IMG/VR virus record: IMGVR_UViG_3300042559_001081 | Location: 1 to 64,000 of that record | Length of the DNA: 64,000 nt | Strand: one strand, 5' to 3' | DNA from: an uncultured virus (IMG/VR IMGVR_UViG_3300042559_001081) | Taxonomy: Duplodnaviria; Heunggongvirae; Uroviricota; Caudoviricetes | Shown here: positions 18,354-26,616 of the stretch, one piece after another | Position numbering within the stretch: position 1 is the first letter of the stretch | Layout: every line of letters starts with the position of its first letter | The notes under the pieces: model-generated | Told to the model about the DNA's origin: nothing | The model's input: the letters and a program-made list of their open reading frames with translations, nothing else | Database searches by the model: none | Program-made: the position numbers and the translations under genes

Positions 18354-18880
18354 AAAGAATTTATGAACAGGGAATAGAAGAACAAATACAATACTTTTTT
18401 GGTACTGAAGTAGAACACACTCCTGCATTTGGTAAAAAGACTTTGTTTGTAGTAGGAATAAAAGATCCAGACGAAGTCACAGCAATTGCAAATTCAAATA
18501 GCGTTGATCATATCTATCTAGGTGCAAATCAAAGTTTTTCTATAACAGGTGAGCATGGTACTAACGAAGAAATAGAAGGATGGGAGAAACTAGCTATTAG
18601 CCTTTTAAAACAAGGATTTTGGGTTACGTTAGATTTTGATATACGTTATGTTGAATGGATATTAGAATCTGGCTTTACAGAATACAATCGTTTCATTCCA
18701 ATGATATCTGCAAAGTTGCCTTATATTTCGCAACTTGGTTACAATGCATGTCTAAAATTAGACGATAAAGATTTTGATGCAACAAATCCCGGTGTATGGA
18801 CACACAGAGTACACGATTTGTTAGATAAAGATGTATTTACGGATTGGTCTAAGTATACAACTGATACTATTATTAGTTGA
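18350..18880 (+). CDS. Hypothetical protein in the dpd locus
   Basis: FFGTEVEHTPAFGKKTLFVVG, HIYLGANQSF, DFDATNPGVW. Confidence 0.75.
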   Translation: MKRIYEQGIEEQIQYFFGTEVEHTPAFGKKTLFVVGIKDPDEVTAIANSNSVDHIYLGANQSFSITGEHGTNEEIEGWEKLAISLLKQGFWVTLDFDIRYVEWILESGFTEYNRFIPMISAKLPYISQLGYNACLKLDDKDFDATNPGVWTHRVHDLLDKDVFTDWSKYTTDTIIS

Positions 18881-18903
18881 CAAATGTATACGAGCGTAGT
18901 AGT

Positions 18904-19356
18904 ATGAATTATCAAGAGCATTATTACACTTACATAGCTAGAAAACTAAGAGAAGAGAGAATGAATCAACCATTAAAAAGTATTTGGGTTACCTTCCGAA
19001 AAGAAGGCATACACTTGTATCCTGCCGCAGCAACAGATCCCAAACTTGCAACCGGTGACTGGGACGATGTGTCGTTCCTAGGTGTTCCGCATAGGCACAT
19101 TTTTCACTTTAAAGTTCGTATCGAAGTATTTCACGATGATCGAGATATTGAATTTATTCAATTCAAGCGTTGGCTTGAAAAACTGTACAACGAAGACATT
19201 CTAGAACTTAATCACAAAAGTTGCGAAATGATCAGCGATGACTTGTATCAAGAAATTTCTGCAAGGTATCCGGGCCGCCTTGTCGAAATCGAAGTCTCCG
19301 AAGACGGAGAAAATGGCTCAATAATTTTTTATCCCACTAACAGTAACGCCACTTAA
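18904..19356 (+). CDS. QueD/6-pyruvoyl-tetrahydropterin synthase-like T-fold protein with LxxxHRHxF (DpdL-like); start uncertain (18904 or 18961)
   Basis: EGIH, LGVPHRHIF, RDIEF, KSCEMI, EVSEDGENG. Confidence 0.75.
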   Translation: MNYQEHYYTYIARKLREERMNQPLKSIWVTFRKEGIHLYPAAATDPKLATGDWDDVSFLGVPHRHIFHFKVRIEVFHDDRDIEFIQFKRWLEKLYNEDILELNHKSCEMISDDLYQEISARYPGRLVEIEVSEDGENGSIIFYPTNSNAT

Positions 19357-19368
19357 AGGAGAAATTAC

Positions 19369-19563
19369 ATGGCAATTACTAACCCTACCGTTAACAAAGT
19401 GTTTTCGGACCTTGAAGAGTTTCGTAACTTTTGTCGATTTGAAGGGCATGTGTTTAACGAAGCAGATTTGTATAAGTCTGACGCTAGAGCGTGGCAGGCA
19501 TTTACAAAGCACAGGAATTGGCTTCGTGCAAAGTCAAGAGTAAAGGTAAAGCGTAATGCGTAA
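19369..19563 (+). CDS. Small hypothetical protein
   Basis: SD AAGGAG; VFSDLEEFRNFCRFEGHVFNEADLY. Confidence 0.7.
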   Translation: MAITNPTVNKVFSDLEEFRNFCRFEGHVFNEADLYKSDARAWQAFTKHRNWLRAKSRVKVKRNA

Positions 19564-20719
19564 ACTATTCTATATGGGTTTAGAACCATATGAGGGTAGA
19601 TACACACTTCAGTTAGAAGATTGGAGCCGTAAGGTCTTTGAACGCCGTGGCATTGAGTATATCTCGGTGCCCGGTGTTACCATTGATAACACCAAGTCTA
19701 TCCAAGTTGGTCAAGTGCTTGACGCACATGGACGCTCATTCTTTAGTATGAGCCAAATGATGAATCTTGTACAAATGATGCGTAACGGCGAAGTAACTGG
19801 CGAAGATGTAGTATTCTTTGAAGATATGTTTCAACCCGGTATCGAATCTCTTCCTTACATTATGGATCAGATTCCAGTAGAACAGCGTCCAAAGGTTTGG
19901 GTACGTTGTCTAGCACAAACTGTTGACCCTGACGACTTTGTACACGTTTGGGGTATGAGCAAATGGATGAGTTTGTATGAAGCAATGACTAATGAATTTG
20001 TTACTGGCGTTCTTGCTAGTAATGAAGAAATGGTTGCTAATATGAAAATTGCTAACTGGCGAGCTCCTATTTACAACGTTAGCGGGCTTGCTTTTGGCAA
20101 AGAAGAAGTACAAGGTCGTGTGAAAGATATCAAACCTTGGATTGAACGTGCTAATCGTGTGGTATTTGCTGCACGGTGGGATCAAGAAAAACAACCAGAC
20201 TTTTACATGGATATTGTAGAACAATGTGCAAATCACTATGTAGAATTTGCAGTCTTACAAGGTGGCCCTCTACGTTCAAACAATCCTAAATACATTGAAC
20301 GTGCAAGAGCTTTAGAAGCGGCAGGTAAACTTAAGATCTACGAAAATCTTAAGAAAAACGACTACTACAATATTCTAAACGATAGTCGGGTGATGTTTAA
20401 CTGTGCTTTGCAAGACTGGACTAGTAATACTGTTAGTGAAGCAGATGCACTTGGTTGCAATGTTCTGTTTCCTGCTTATCGCAGTTTTCCAGAAATCTTT
20501 GCAAACGATCATACAAGAATGTATGTTCCGTGGAGTAAAGAAGATGCTATGAACAAATTGTATGCATTGCTAAAAGCACCGCATATGGATATTGGAAAGA
20601 TTAGCGATTGGACCGATGCTACTATTGATCGTTACATTGACATTATGCAAGGTAACGGTGAACAATGGCGTCGTGACACTAATCGCTACAGAGACTTTGT
20701 ATCGGAGAAGAAGTATTGA
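19556..20719 (+). CDS. GT-B glycosyltransferase (family 4-like)
   Basis: VFAARWDQEKQP, VSEADALGCNVLFP. Confidence 0.8.
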   Translation: MRKLFYMGLEPYEGRYTLQLEDWSRKVFERRGIEYISVPGVTIDNTKSIQVGQVLDAHGRSFFSMSQMMNLVQMMRNGEVTGEDVVFFEDMFQPGIESLPYIMDQIPVEQRPKVWVRCLAQTVDPDDFVHVWGMSKWMSLYEAMTNEFVTGVLASNEEMVANMKIANWRAPIYNVSGLAFGKEEVQGRVKDIKPWIERANRVVFAARWDQEKQPDFYMDIVEQCANHYVEFAVLQGGPLRSNNPKYIERARALEAAGKLKIYENLKKNDYYNILNDSRVMFNCALQDWTSNTVSEADALGCNVLFPAYRSFPEIFANDHTRMYVPWSKEDAMNKLYALLKAPHMDIGKISDWTDATIDRYIDIMQGNGEQWRRDTNRYRDFVSEKKY

Positions 20720-21582
20720 AAGTTTTGGTCACAGGAGCAACTGGTTATATTGGAAGCCACGTTTGCAAAATCTTAAAAGAACACGGGCACTATGTAGAGG
20801 CTTGGGATATTAACTTTTGGGGGGAATATAACGACATTTCTGCATACTGTGATCAATTTTATCATTACGATGTAACTAAAAACGTAAAAGGTGAATTTGA
20901 CGCAGTTGTGCATCTTGCTGGAAGAAGTTTAGTCGAACCTAGTATGCGAACTCCTACAGAATATTATTTTACTAATATTCTCGGTACTTCTAACATGCTC
21001 GACTGTGTAAAAACTGGCCACTTTATTTTTGCTAGTACTAGCAGTGCTTGGGAAATGGCATCGCCTTATGCTCGCAGTAAAGTTGCGGCAGAAGATATTA
21101 TTAAAGAAAAAGCTGCCGGTTATACTATTTTTAGATTTTTTAACGTAAGTGGAACAAATGGCATCCATAGACAGCTATGTGCTCCGTCTCATCTCATACA
21201 TGTAGCTGCCTTAGTTGCAGCAGGTAAACGTCCATATATTAACGTTTACGGAACAGACTATTCTACTCGTGATGGTACTTGTATCCGCGATTACGTACAT
21301 GTAGTCGATCTTGCAACCGCTATTGTAAAGGCAGTGGAAACTGGTCCTAAAAACACTCCTTATGAGTGCCTAGGCAGTAATCACGGGTGGACTGTGTTAG
21401 AAGTATTAGATACCATGGAACGTGTAACTGGTATTAATATTAATAGAATTTACGCAGATCGTCGCCCAGGCGATGCAGTTTCTTCAGTTGTTGATAAACT
21501 AAGCGACTTTATTACTTTAGAAAAAACAATCGAAGATATGTGCTTAGACCAGTATAACTTTGAAAGATCACGAAATGGATAA
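20716..21582 (+). CDS. galE: NAD-dependent epimerase (UDP-glucose 4-epimerase-like)
   Basis: VTGATGYIGSH, HLAG, YARSK, FRFFNV, DGTCIRDYVHV, RRPGD. Confidence 0.9.
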   Translation: MKVLVTGATGYIGSHVCKILKEHGHYVEAWDINFWGEYNDISAYCDQFYHYDVTKNVKGEFDAVVHLAGRSLVEPSMRTPTEYYFTNILGTSNMLDCVKTGHFIFASTSSAWEMASPYARSKVAAEDIIKEKAAGYTIFRFFNVSGTNGIHRQLCAPSHLIHVAALVAAGKRPYINVYGTDYSTRDGTCIRDYVHVVDLATAIVKAVETGPKNTPYECLGSNHGWTVLEVLDTMERVTGININRIYADRRPGDAVSSVVDKLSDFITLEKTIEDMCLDQYNFERSRNG

Positions 21583-21904
21583 TGACGAATTTTTAAAACA
21601 GTATGAATTTATATTTTCTAACGAGGACGTTATTAATATTGATTTAAATGATATAACATCAAACACAATTACAGTTTCGACAATTGGCGGAACTGACAAT
21701 GCAGGCCTGGTTATGACCGGCGACGGTTGGCAATGGACAACGCAGTACAACGTAGTGTTTCAAGATATAATGCCAAGCCTGAGTACTTTAAATAGCATGT
21801 GTAAAGAATATCCTGCATTAGAGAAAGCTTATGAAAATTTTAAAACAGTTTACAAAATGGTTGAACAAGACTGGAACGGAAAACAAAAAGACAGCAACGC
21901 TTAA
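21575..21904 (+). CDS. Hypothetical protein (C-terminal EYPALEKAYENF motif)
   Basis: ORF in operon; start approximate. Confidence 0.65.
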   Translation: MDNDEFLKQYEFIFSNEDVINIDLNDITSNTITVSTIGGTDNAGLVMTGDGWQWTTQYNVVFQDIMPSLSTLNSMCKEYPALEKAYENFKTVYKMVEQDWNGKQKDSNA

Positions 21905-22358
21905 AGAAGCATATTCTGGATACAATCCAGAATATGCTTATATGAATCGCAAAAAAACAGAGGCAGAAAAGAAGCGTTTAGAAAAATGGACAAAAGAGCT
22001 AAAAAGTATGAGTACATACAATAGCAATAATACAAATGTTTATAGTGGAGGTGGCTTTGGCGGAACAGGTTACGTGTCTGGTTACACTTTGACAAACAGC
22101 ACTATTACTACTAACACTACAAATTTTTCTGATAGTGCTATTATTATCAATGGCGGACCCAACGGTAGTATGAAGGTTGATGTTCCGTTGATTGTAAATG
22201 GCAGAGACGTTATGAAAGAACTTGACGAAATGCGTGACGCTCTGTTATTATTAAAAAGACACGTAAACATGGAAGAAAAGTATCCGCGGCTAAAAGAATT
22301 AAAAGATGAGTACGAGCAAGCTCTCGAAAAATACCAAACATTTGAGGCATTAAAATGA
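21831..22358 (+). CDS. Hypothetical protein (C-terminal KYPRLKELKDEY motif); start uncertain
   Basis: ORF in operon; ATGA overlap at 3' end. Confidence 0.6.
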   Translation: MKILKQFTKWLNKTGTENKKTATLKEAYSGYNPEYAYMNRKKTEAEKKRLEKWTKELKSMSTYNSNNTNVYSGGGFGGTGYVSGYTLTNSTITTNTTNFSDSAIIINGGPNGSMKVDVPLIVNGRDVMKELDEMRDALLLLKRHVNMEEKYPRLKELKDEYEQALEKYQTFEALK

Positions 22359-22651
22359 TACCGGTACATGTAAACTATCAAATACCATATACTAGCAACG
22401 GGGATGAACGTGCTCACAATGGCGAAGTGCGAGCAATTAATGGACAGTTACAAGTTTACAATGGCTCGTATTTTGTGCCTATACACACTACTGCCTGGGT
22501 TGATAATATTGAACTCGGTACTGTTGTAGAATGGTGTAAGCAGAAAATGCAACAGGAACTGCGTGAACAAGCGTTGGCAGAACGTTTCCCTGCATTTGCT
22601 AAAGCAAAAGAAAACTATGAAATAGTAAAGGCATTAGTTCAACATGAATAA
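22355..22651 (+). CDS. Hypothetical protein (C-terminal RFPAFAKAKENY motif)
   Basis: ORF in operon. Confidence 0.65.
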   Translation: MIPVHVNYQIPYTSNGDERAHNGEVRAINGQLQVYNGSYFVPIHTTAWVDNIELGTVVEWCKQKMQQELREQALAERFPAFAKAKENYEIVKALVQHE

Positions 22652-23210
22652 AACTTATTACAGTTGGCAAGATGTTGAAACTGCCGCAAGTTGCATTATG
22701 CTCAGTATGCAAAAAGATCCCTGGTACCCAGATTGGATTGTAGGATTAAGTCGAGGCGGATTGCCTCTAGCCACTATTCTAAGTAACCGCCTTGGTGTTC
22801 CTATGCAACCTTTAGTTGTTTCTTTACGTGACGGTGAAGCTGGCTGGCAAACTGAAACTAATTGCTGGCTTCCAGAACTTGCTTTCGGTTATGTCGAAGT
22901 AGAAGAACGTGAAATTTATCGCACCCGTTGGGATATTAGCAAACGAAAAAATATCTTAATCGTTGATGACATTAACGATACTGGTGCTACGTTCAATTGG
23001 ATTAAAAAAGATTGGGAATCGAGTGTATTCCCAAATGAACGTGCTGCATGGGATACAGTATGGGACAAAAACGTTCGATTTGCTGTGATGACACAGAATT
23101 GGGGTAGTAGTTTTGAACCAGATTATTGGTGGCACGAAGTAAACAAAGCAGAAAAAGATTGTTGGTTAGTATACCCTTGGGAGAAGGAATCATGGCTAAA
23201 AAGAACATAA
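22644..23210 (+). CDS. Type I phosphoribosyltransferase (purine PRTase-like)
   Basis: IVGLSRGGL, PRPP loop ILIVDDINDTGAT, WLVYPWE. Confidence 0.9.
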   Translation: MNKTYYSWQDVETAASCIMLSMQKDPWYPDWIVGLSRGGLPLATILSNRLGVPMQPLVVSLRDGEAGWQTETNCWLPELAFGYVEVEEREIYRTRWDISKRKNILIVDDINDTGATFNWIKKDWESSVFPNERAAWDTVWDKNVRFAVMTQNWGSSFEPDYWWHEVNKAEKDCWLVYPWEKESWLKRT

Positions 23211-23587
23211 CCGGACCGTGGACTGATGTAGTTATAGATACAAAAACTTACACTGTATTTAAAGATGGTTTTCCTGTCACAGAAGGACATTTGTTGTTTG
23301 TTCCTAAAGAAGAAACAATGGAATGTTTAATGGCTTGCTACAAAGCAGCATATGCATGGGGCTACGGCTGGATTAATGAAGGTTATTGCGACGGCTACAA
23401 CATAGGTCAAAATGTAGGCAAAAGTGCAGGACAAACAGTTGATTGGCCTCACATTCATTTAATCCCAAGAAGAACCGGCGACATGACAGACCCACGAGGC
23501 GGAGTTAGACATGTAATTCCGGAAAGAGGCAATTATAAAAAACACGAATTTGATTGGGACAATCTGTCTCATGGTCAGGCAGCATAA
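23192..23587 (+). CDS. HIT family nucleotide hydrolase
   Basis: DGFPVTEGHLLFVPK, NIGQNVGKSAGQTV, HIHLIPR. Confidence 0.92.
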   Translation: MAKKNITGPWTDVVIDTKTYTVFKDGFPVTEGHLLFVPKEETMECLMACYKAAYAWGYGWINEGYCDGYNIGQNVGKSAGQTVDWPHIHLIPRRTGDMTDPRGGVRHVIPERGNYKKHEFDWDNLSHGQAA

Positions 23588-23599
23588 GGAGATTATACA

Positions 23600-23812
23600 A
23601 TGCAGGAATTAAGAAATACAATGCTTTCAGCTGTTAAGAAACATGCAGAAGCACACATCGAAAAGCACCGTGTTAATATCGAAATTTATCTTCGAAATTC
23701 TGTCGGAGTTGGCGAGCATAGCGATATTATGGATGCAATTGAAAAAGAATTAGCACACATGGCAGAATATGAAGATCATCTTGAAATTCTCGAAAAGTAT
23801 TTCAAGGAATAA
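23600..23812 (+). CDS. Small phage protein
   Basis: SD AAGGAG; NSVGVGEHSDI. Confidence 0.75.
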   Translation: MQELRNTMLSAVKKHAEAHIEKHRVNIEIYLRNSVGVGEHSDIMDAIEKELAHMAEYEDHLEILEKYFKE

Positions 23813-23817
23813 AGTTA

Positions 23818-24600
23818 GTGACAAGTATAAAATTATTTGATGTTTTATCCGAAGATGCTGTTTATAATCTAATTGGACATTGTAAAGAGTGTTGGGATTA
23901 CACCTATCCTAATAGCCAAGCATTAGAAGAAGCATCATACCGTGCCCTTGCCCCTTTTTTTAAAAATTGTCAGCATTTAGGAGCAGCTAATACAATTGTT
24001 GATGTTCTAATAGATTCAAATGCTCTTGATATTAAAGGATGCAAAAAATTAACACATATAGGAAAAACTAATGAGTCATCGAATCACATTAAAAATAGAT
24101 TTGTAGAGAAAATTTTACCAGATGGATCAAAGATTATTTTTAAGATCCCTAACCAAATCGAAACTATGGTTAAACGACCTAAAAGAGATGTAAACAATTG
24201 GTCCGGTGATCCAAAAGGACTTGTAGAGTTGTGTTTAAAAGATTACAACGATTTTGCATGGTCGACTGCAAAATCTGCAGGATGTAAAAATCTATACAGT
24301 CTTGTAGTATTATACGGGGAAAGCAACGGATACAGATCTATTTATGTTACGTTAAAAGAATTCTCAGTTCCACAAATCGAAACAGCTATACAAAATTCTA
24401 AAAAAAAGTATACTGGCTATGATAAAAACGGAAATGAAGTTTGTTTAATAAAAGTAATAAGCACCGGCAGTATTAATATTCACAAATTTTTTGATACATC
24501 TGAAGGAGTATTACATACCTATCCTGTAAAAAATGGTGTACCTAAATTTTTTAATAAATCAGATCTGTTAATAGATGGACCAATAACAAATATTAAATAA
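23818..24600 (+). CDS. Putative PD-(D/E)xK restriction-like endonuclease
   Basis: ALEE helix followed by VDV-x6-LDIKG (D...DxK); AT-rich relative to neighbours; function inferred. Confidence 0.45.
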   Translation: MTSIKLFDVLSEDAVYNLIGHCKECWDYTYPNSQALEEASYRALAPFFKNCQHLGAANTIVDVLIDSNALDIKGCKKLTHIGKTNESSNHIKNRFVEKILPDGSKIIFKIPNQIETMVKRPKRDVNNWSGDPKGLVELCLKDYNDFAWSTAKSAGCKNLYSLVVLYGESNGYRSIYVTLKEFSVPQIETAIQNSKKKYTGYDKNGNEVCLIKVISTGSINIHKFFDTSEGVLHTYPVKNGVPKFFNKSDLLIDGPITNIK

Positions 24601-24631
24601 TTTAAAAAATTACCAAATACTTTAATAAACC

Positions 24632-24660
24632 TTGACAAAAAATCTAAATAATTGTATACT
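24632..24660 (+). promoter_or_regulatory. Sigma70 promoter for folE with an embedded late-type CTAAATA
   Basis: TTGACA-17 nt-TATACT; CTAAATA at 24644-24650. Confidence 0.8.
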
Positions 24661-24704
24661 TATAAAGATAGGACATCCTCGTCCTTGATAACTCGGAGAA
24701 AGAA

Positions 24705-25391
24705 TTGAAAACTAGTAAAAAAATTAAACAACGCATCGAAGAAGCAGGTGCAAGATATTGGGCAGGTGACAATATCAGTGAATATATCAAAGAAGGCGAA
24801 TTAAACGAACTGATCGACGAACTTACAGAAAAGTTCGAAGATGTTCTCGATAGCCTTGTTATCGATCGTAAGAACGATCCAAACAGCATGGACACCGGCA
24901 GACGTCTTGCAAAAATGTATGTCAAAGAACTTATGGCAGGTCGTTACTACCCAATGCCCAACGCAACGGCATTTCCGAATCATACTAATGAACCGTATAA
25001 AGGTATGTTGGTTGTTCGTAGCGAACTAACAAGCATGTGCAGTCATCATCACCAGCCTGTTAAAGGTGTAGCATATATCGGTATTATTGCTGCCGATACG
25101 CTGATTGGCTTGAGCAAGTATACACGTATTGCACAATGGTGTGCTCGTCGTGGAACACTGCAAGAAGAACTTGCAATGGATATTGCTCGTGAAATTAAAT
25201 CAGCAACTGGTTCAAAAGACGTTGCTGTTTATATTCAGGCTACTCACGGCTGTTGTGAGAATAGAGGCATTATGGCACACTCAAGCCTAACACAAACAAC
25301 TGTTCTCGAAGGTGTATTCAAAAGCGATCAAAGTGTTAAAAAAGAATTCTTTGACAACATTAAACTACAACAGGAGTTTGCACCAAGATGA
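24705..25391 (+). CDS. folE: GTP cyclohydrolase I
   Basis: SMCSHHHQP, GLSKYTR, LQEEL, HGCCENRG; TTG start after GGAG. Confidence 0.95.
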   Translation: MKTSKKIKQRIEEAGARYWAGDNISEYIKEGELNELIDELTEKFEDVLDSLVIDRKNDPNSMDTGRRLAKMYVKELMAGRYYPMPNATAFPNHTNEPYKGMLVVRSELTSMCSHHHQPVKGVAYIGIIAADTLIGLSKYTRIAQWCARRGTLQEELAMDIAREIKSATGSKDVAVYIQATHGCCENRGIMAHSSLTQTTVLEGVFKSDQSVKKEFFDNIKLQQEFAPR

Positions 25392-25678
25392 AATTTTTGA
25401 AAAGACTTGTAGCTAAATGGGTACAAGAAGCACAAGAAGAACGCTACAGTAACGGTAAAGGCGGAATATTAATTGCAAAAGACGTTGATAGCAACACTGT
25501 TAACGACGAGCCTATTCTAAACTTTAGAATTTACAGTGCTCAAAACGGTAAGATTATCGAGTTTCATAGATATGATAGAAAGACCGACCGAAGCGATAAA
25601 TCTGTTTACATTGTTGAAAAAGACAAAGACTTGTCCGAGTATGTGAATAAGTGCCTAAGCTTGGAGTTGCTGCGATGA
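25388..25678 (+). CDS. Hypothetical protein
   Basis: ATGA-coupled to folE and queE. Confidence 0.7.
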   Translation: MKFLKRLVAKWVQEAQEERYSNGKGGILIAKDVDSNTVNDEPILNFRIYSAQNGKIIEFHRYDRKTDRSDKSVYIVEKDKDLSEYVNKCLSLELLR

Positions 25679-26550
25679 TGAAACTACGTTATAGCGAAGC
25701 ATTTTATTCAGTGCAAGGCGAAGGCCAGTACGTAGGAGTACCTAGTGTATTCCTACGTACTTTCGGTTGTAACTTTCGTTGTCAAAACTTTGGACTACCT
25801 CGTGGCACACCCAAAGGACGTTATAACCCAGAAGTTGCTAAACTTATCGAAGACGGCGTTCACGAAACTGTAGAAAAGTTTGAAGATTTGCCGCTGGTAT
25901 TTACAGGCTGTGACACTTATGCAAGTATCTACCCTGAGTTTAGACATCTTGTTATGGATAAGACTATCGACGAAGTAGTAGATCATTTGCTAAGTATTAC
26001 TCCAGAAGGTAAATGGACTATGGATAATGGACAGGATGTTCACCTTATCCTCACAGGCGGCGAACCGTTACTTGCTTGGCAACGTCTATATATCGAATTA
26101 TTCGAACATCCAAGAATGGCGGATCTAAAAAATGTTACATTTGAAACAAATACTACACAGTGGTTGCACGATGAGTTTAGAGAATACTTGGGAACTCGTG
26201 CAAGATTTAGAACAACGTTTAGTTGTAGTCCAAAGTTATCCGTTTCGGGAGAGTCTTGGACTGATGCTATTAAGCCTAGCGTTGCTCGTCAGTACTACGA
26301 TATCCCTGGTGTTGATCTTTATCTTAAGTTTGTTGTGGCTGATGACGTGGATGTTGAGGAAGTTGGCAGAGCCGTTGATGCTTATCGCAGCGAAGGTGTT
26401 GAGTGTCCCGTTTATCTCATGCCGATGGGCGGGCGTACAGAAGGCTATAACCTCACTGTTCAAGAAGTTGCAAAACTTGCTATGGCAAAAGGATGGCGGT
26501 TCACCCCAAGACTCCACATTAGTCTATTCGGAAATGCCTGGGGAACTTGA
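25675..26550 (+). CDS. queE: 7-carboxy-7-deazaguanine synthase (radical SAM) with CX3CX42C cluster motif
   Basis: EAFYSVQGEG, VFLRTFGCNFRC...GCDT, LTGGEP, FETN, SPKL, PRLHI. Confidence 0.92.
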   Translation: MMKLRYSEAFYSVQGEGQYVGVPSVFLRTFGCNFRCQNFGLPRGTPKGRYNPEVAKLIEDGVHETVEKFEDLPLVFTGCDTYASIYPEFRHLVMDKTIDEVVDHLLSITPEGKWTMDNGQDVHLILTGGEPLLAWQRLYIELFEHPRMADLKNVTFETNTTQWLHDEFREYLGTRARFRTTFSCSPKLSVSGESWTDAIKPSVARQYYDIPGVDLYLKFVVADDVDVEEVGRAVDAYRSEGVECPVYLMPMGGRTEGYNLTVQEVAKLAMAKGWRFTPRLHISLFGNAWGT

Positions 26551-26616
26551 TAAAACCTCCAAATACTTTAGAGGCATACACACAGAAGAACAATTTAATA
26601 ATCTAAGGAAAGATTT

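Noticed and set aside
24661..24704. preQ1-I or THF-II riboswitch upstream of folE
   Set aside because: The 6-nt loop and missing A-rich tail do not fit preQ1-I, and the element looks too short for THF-II; kept only as an unassigned hairpin
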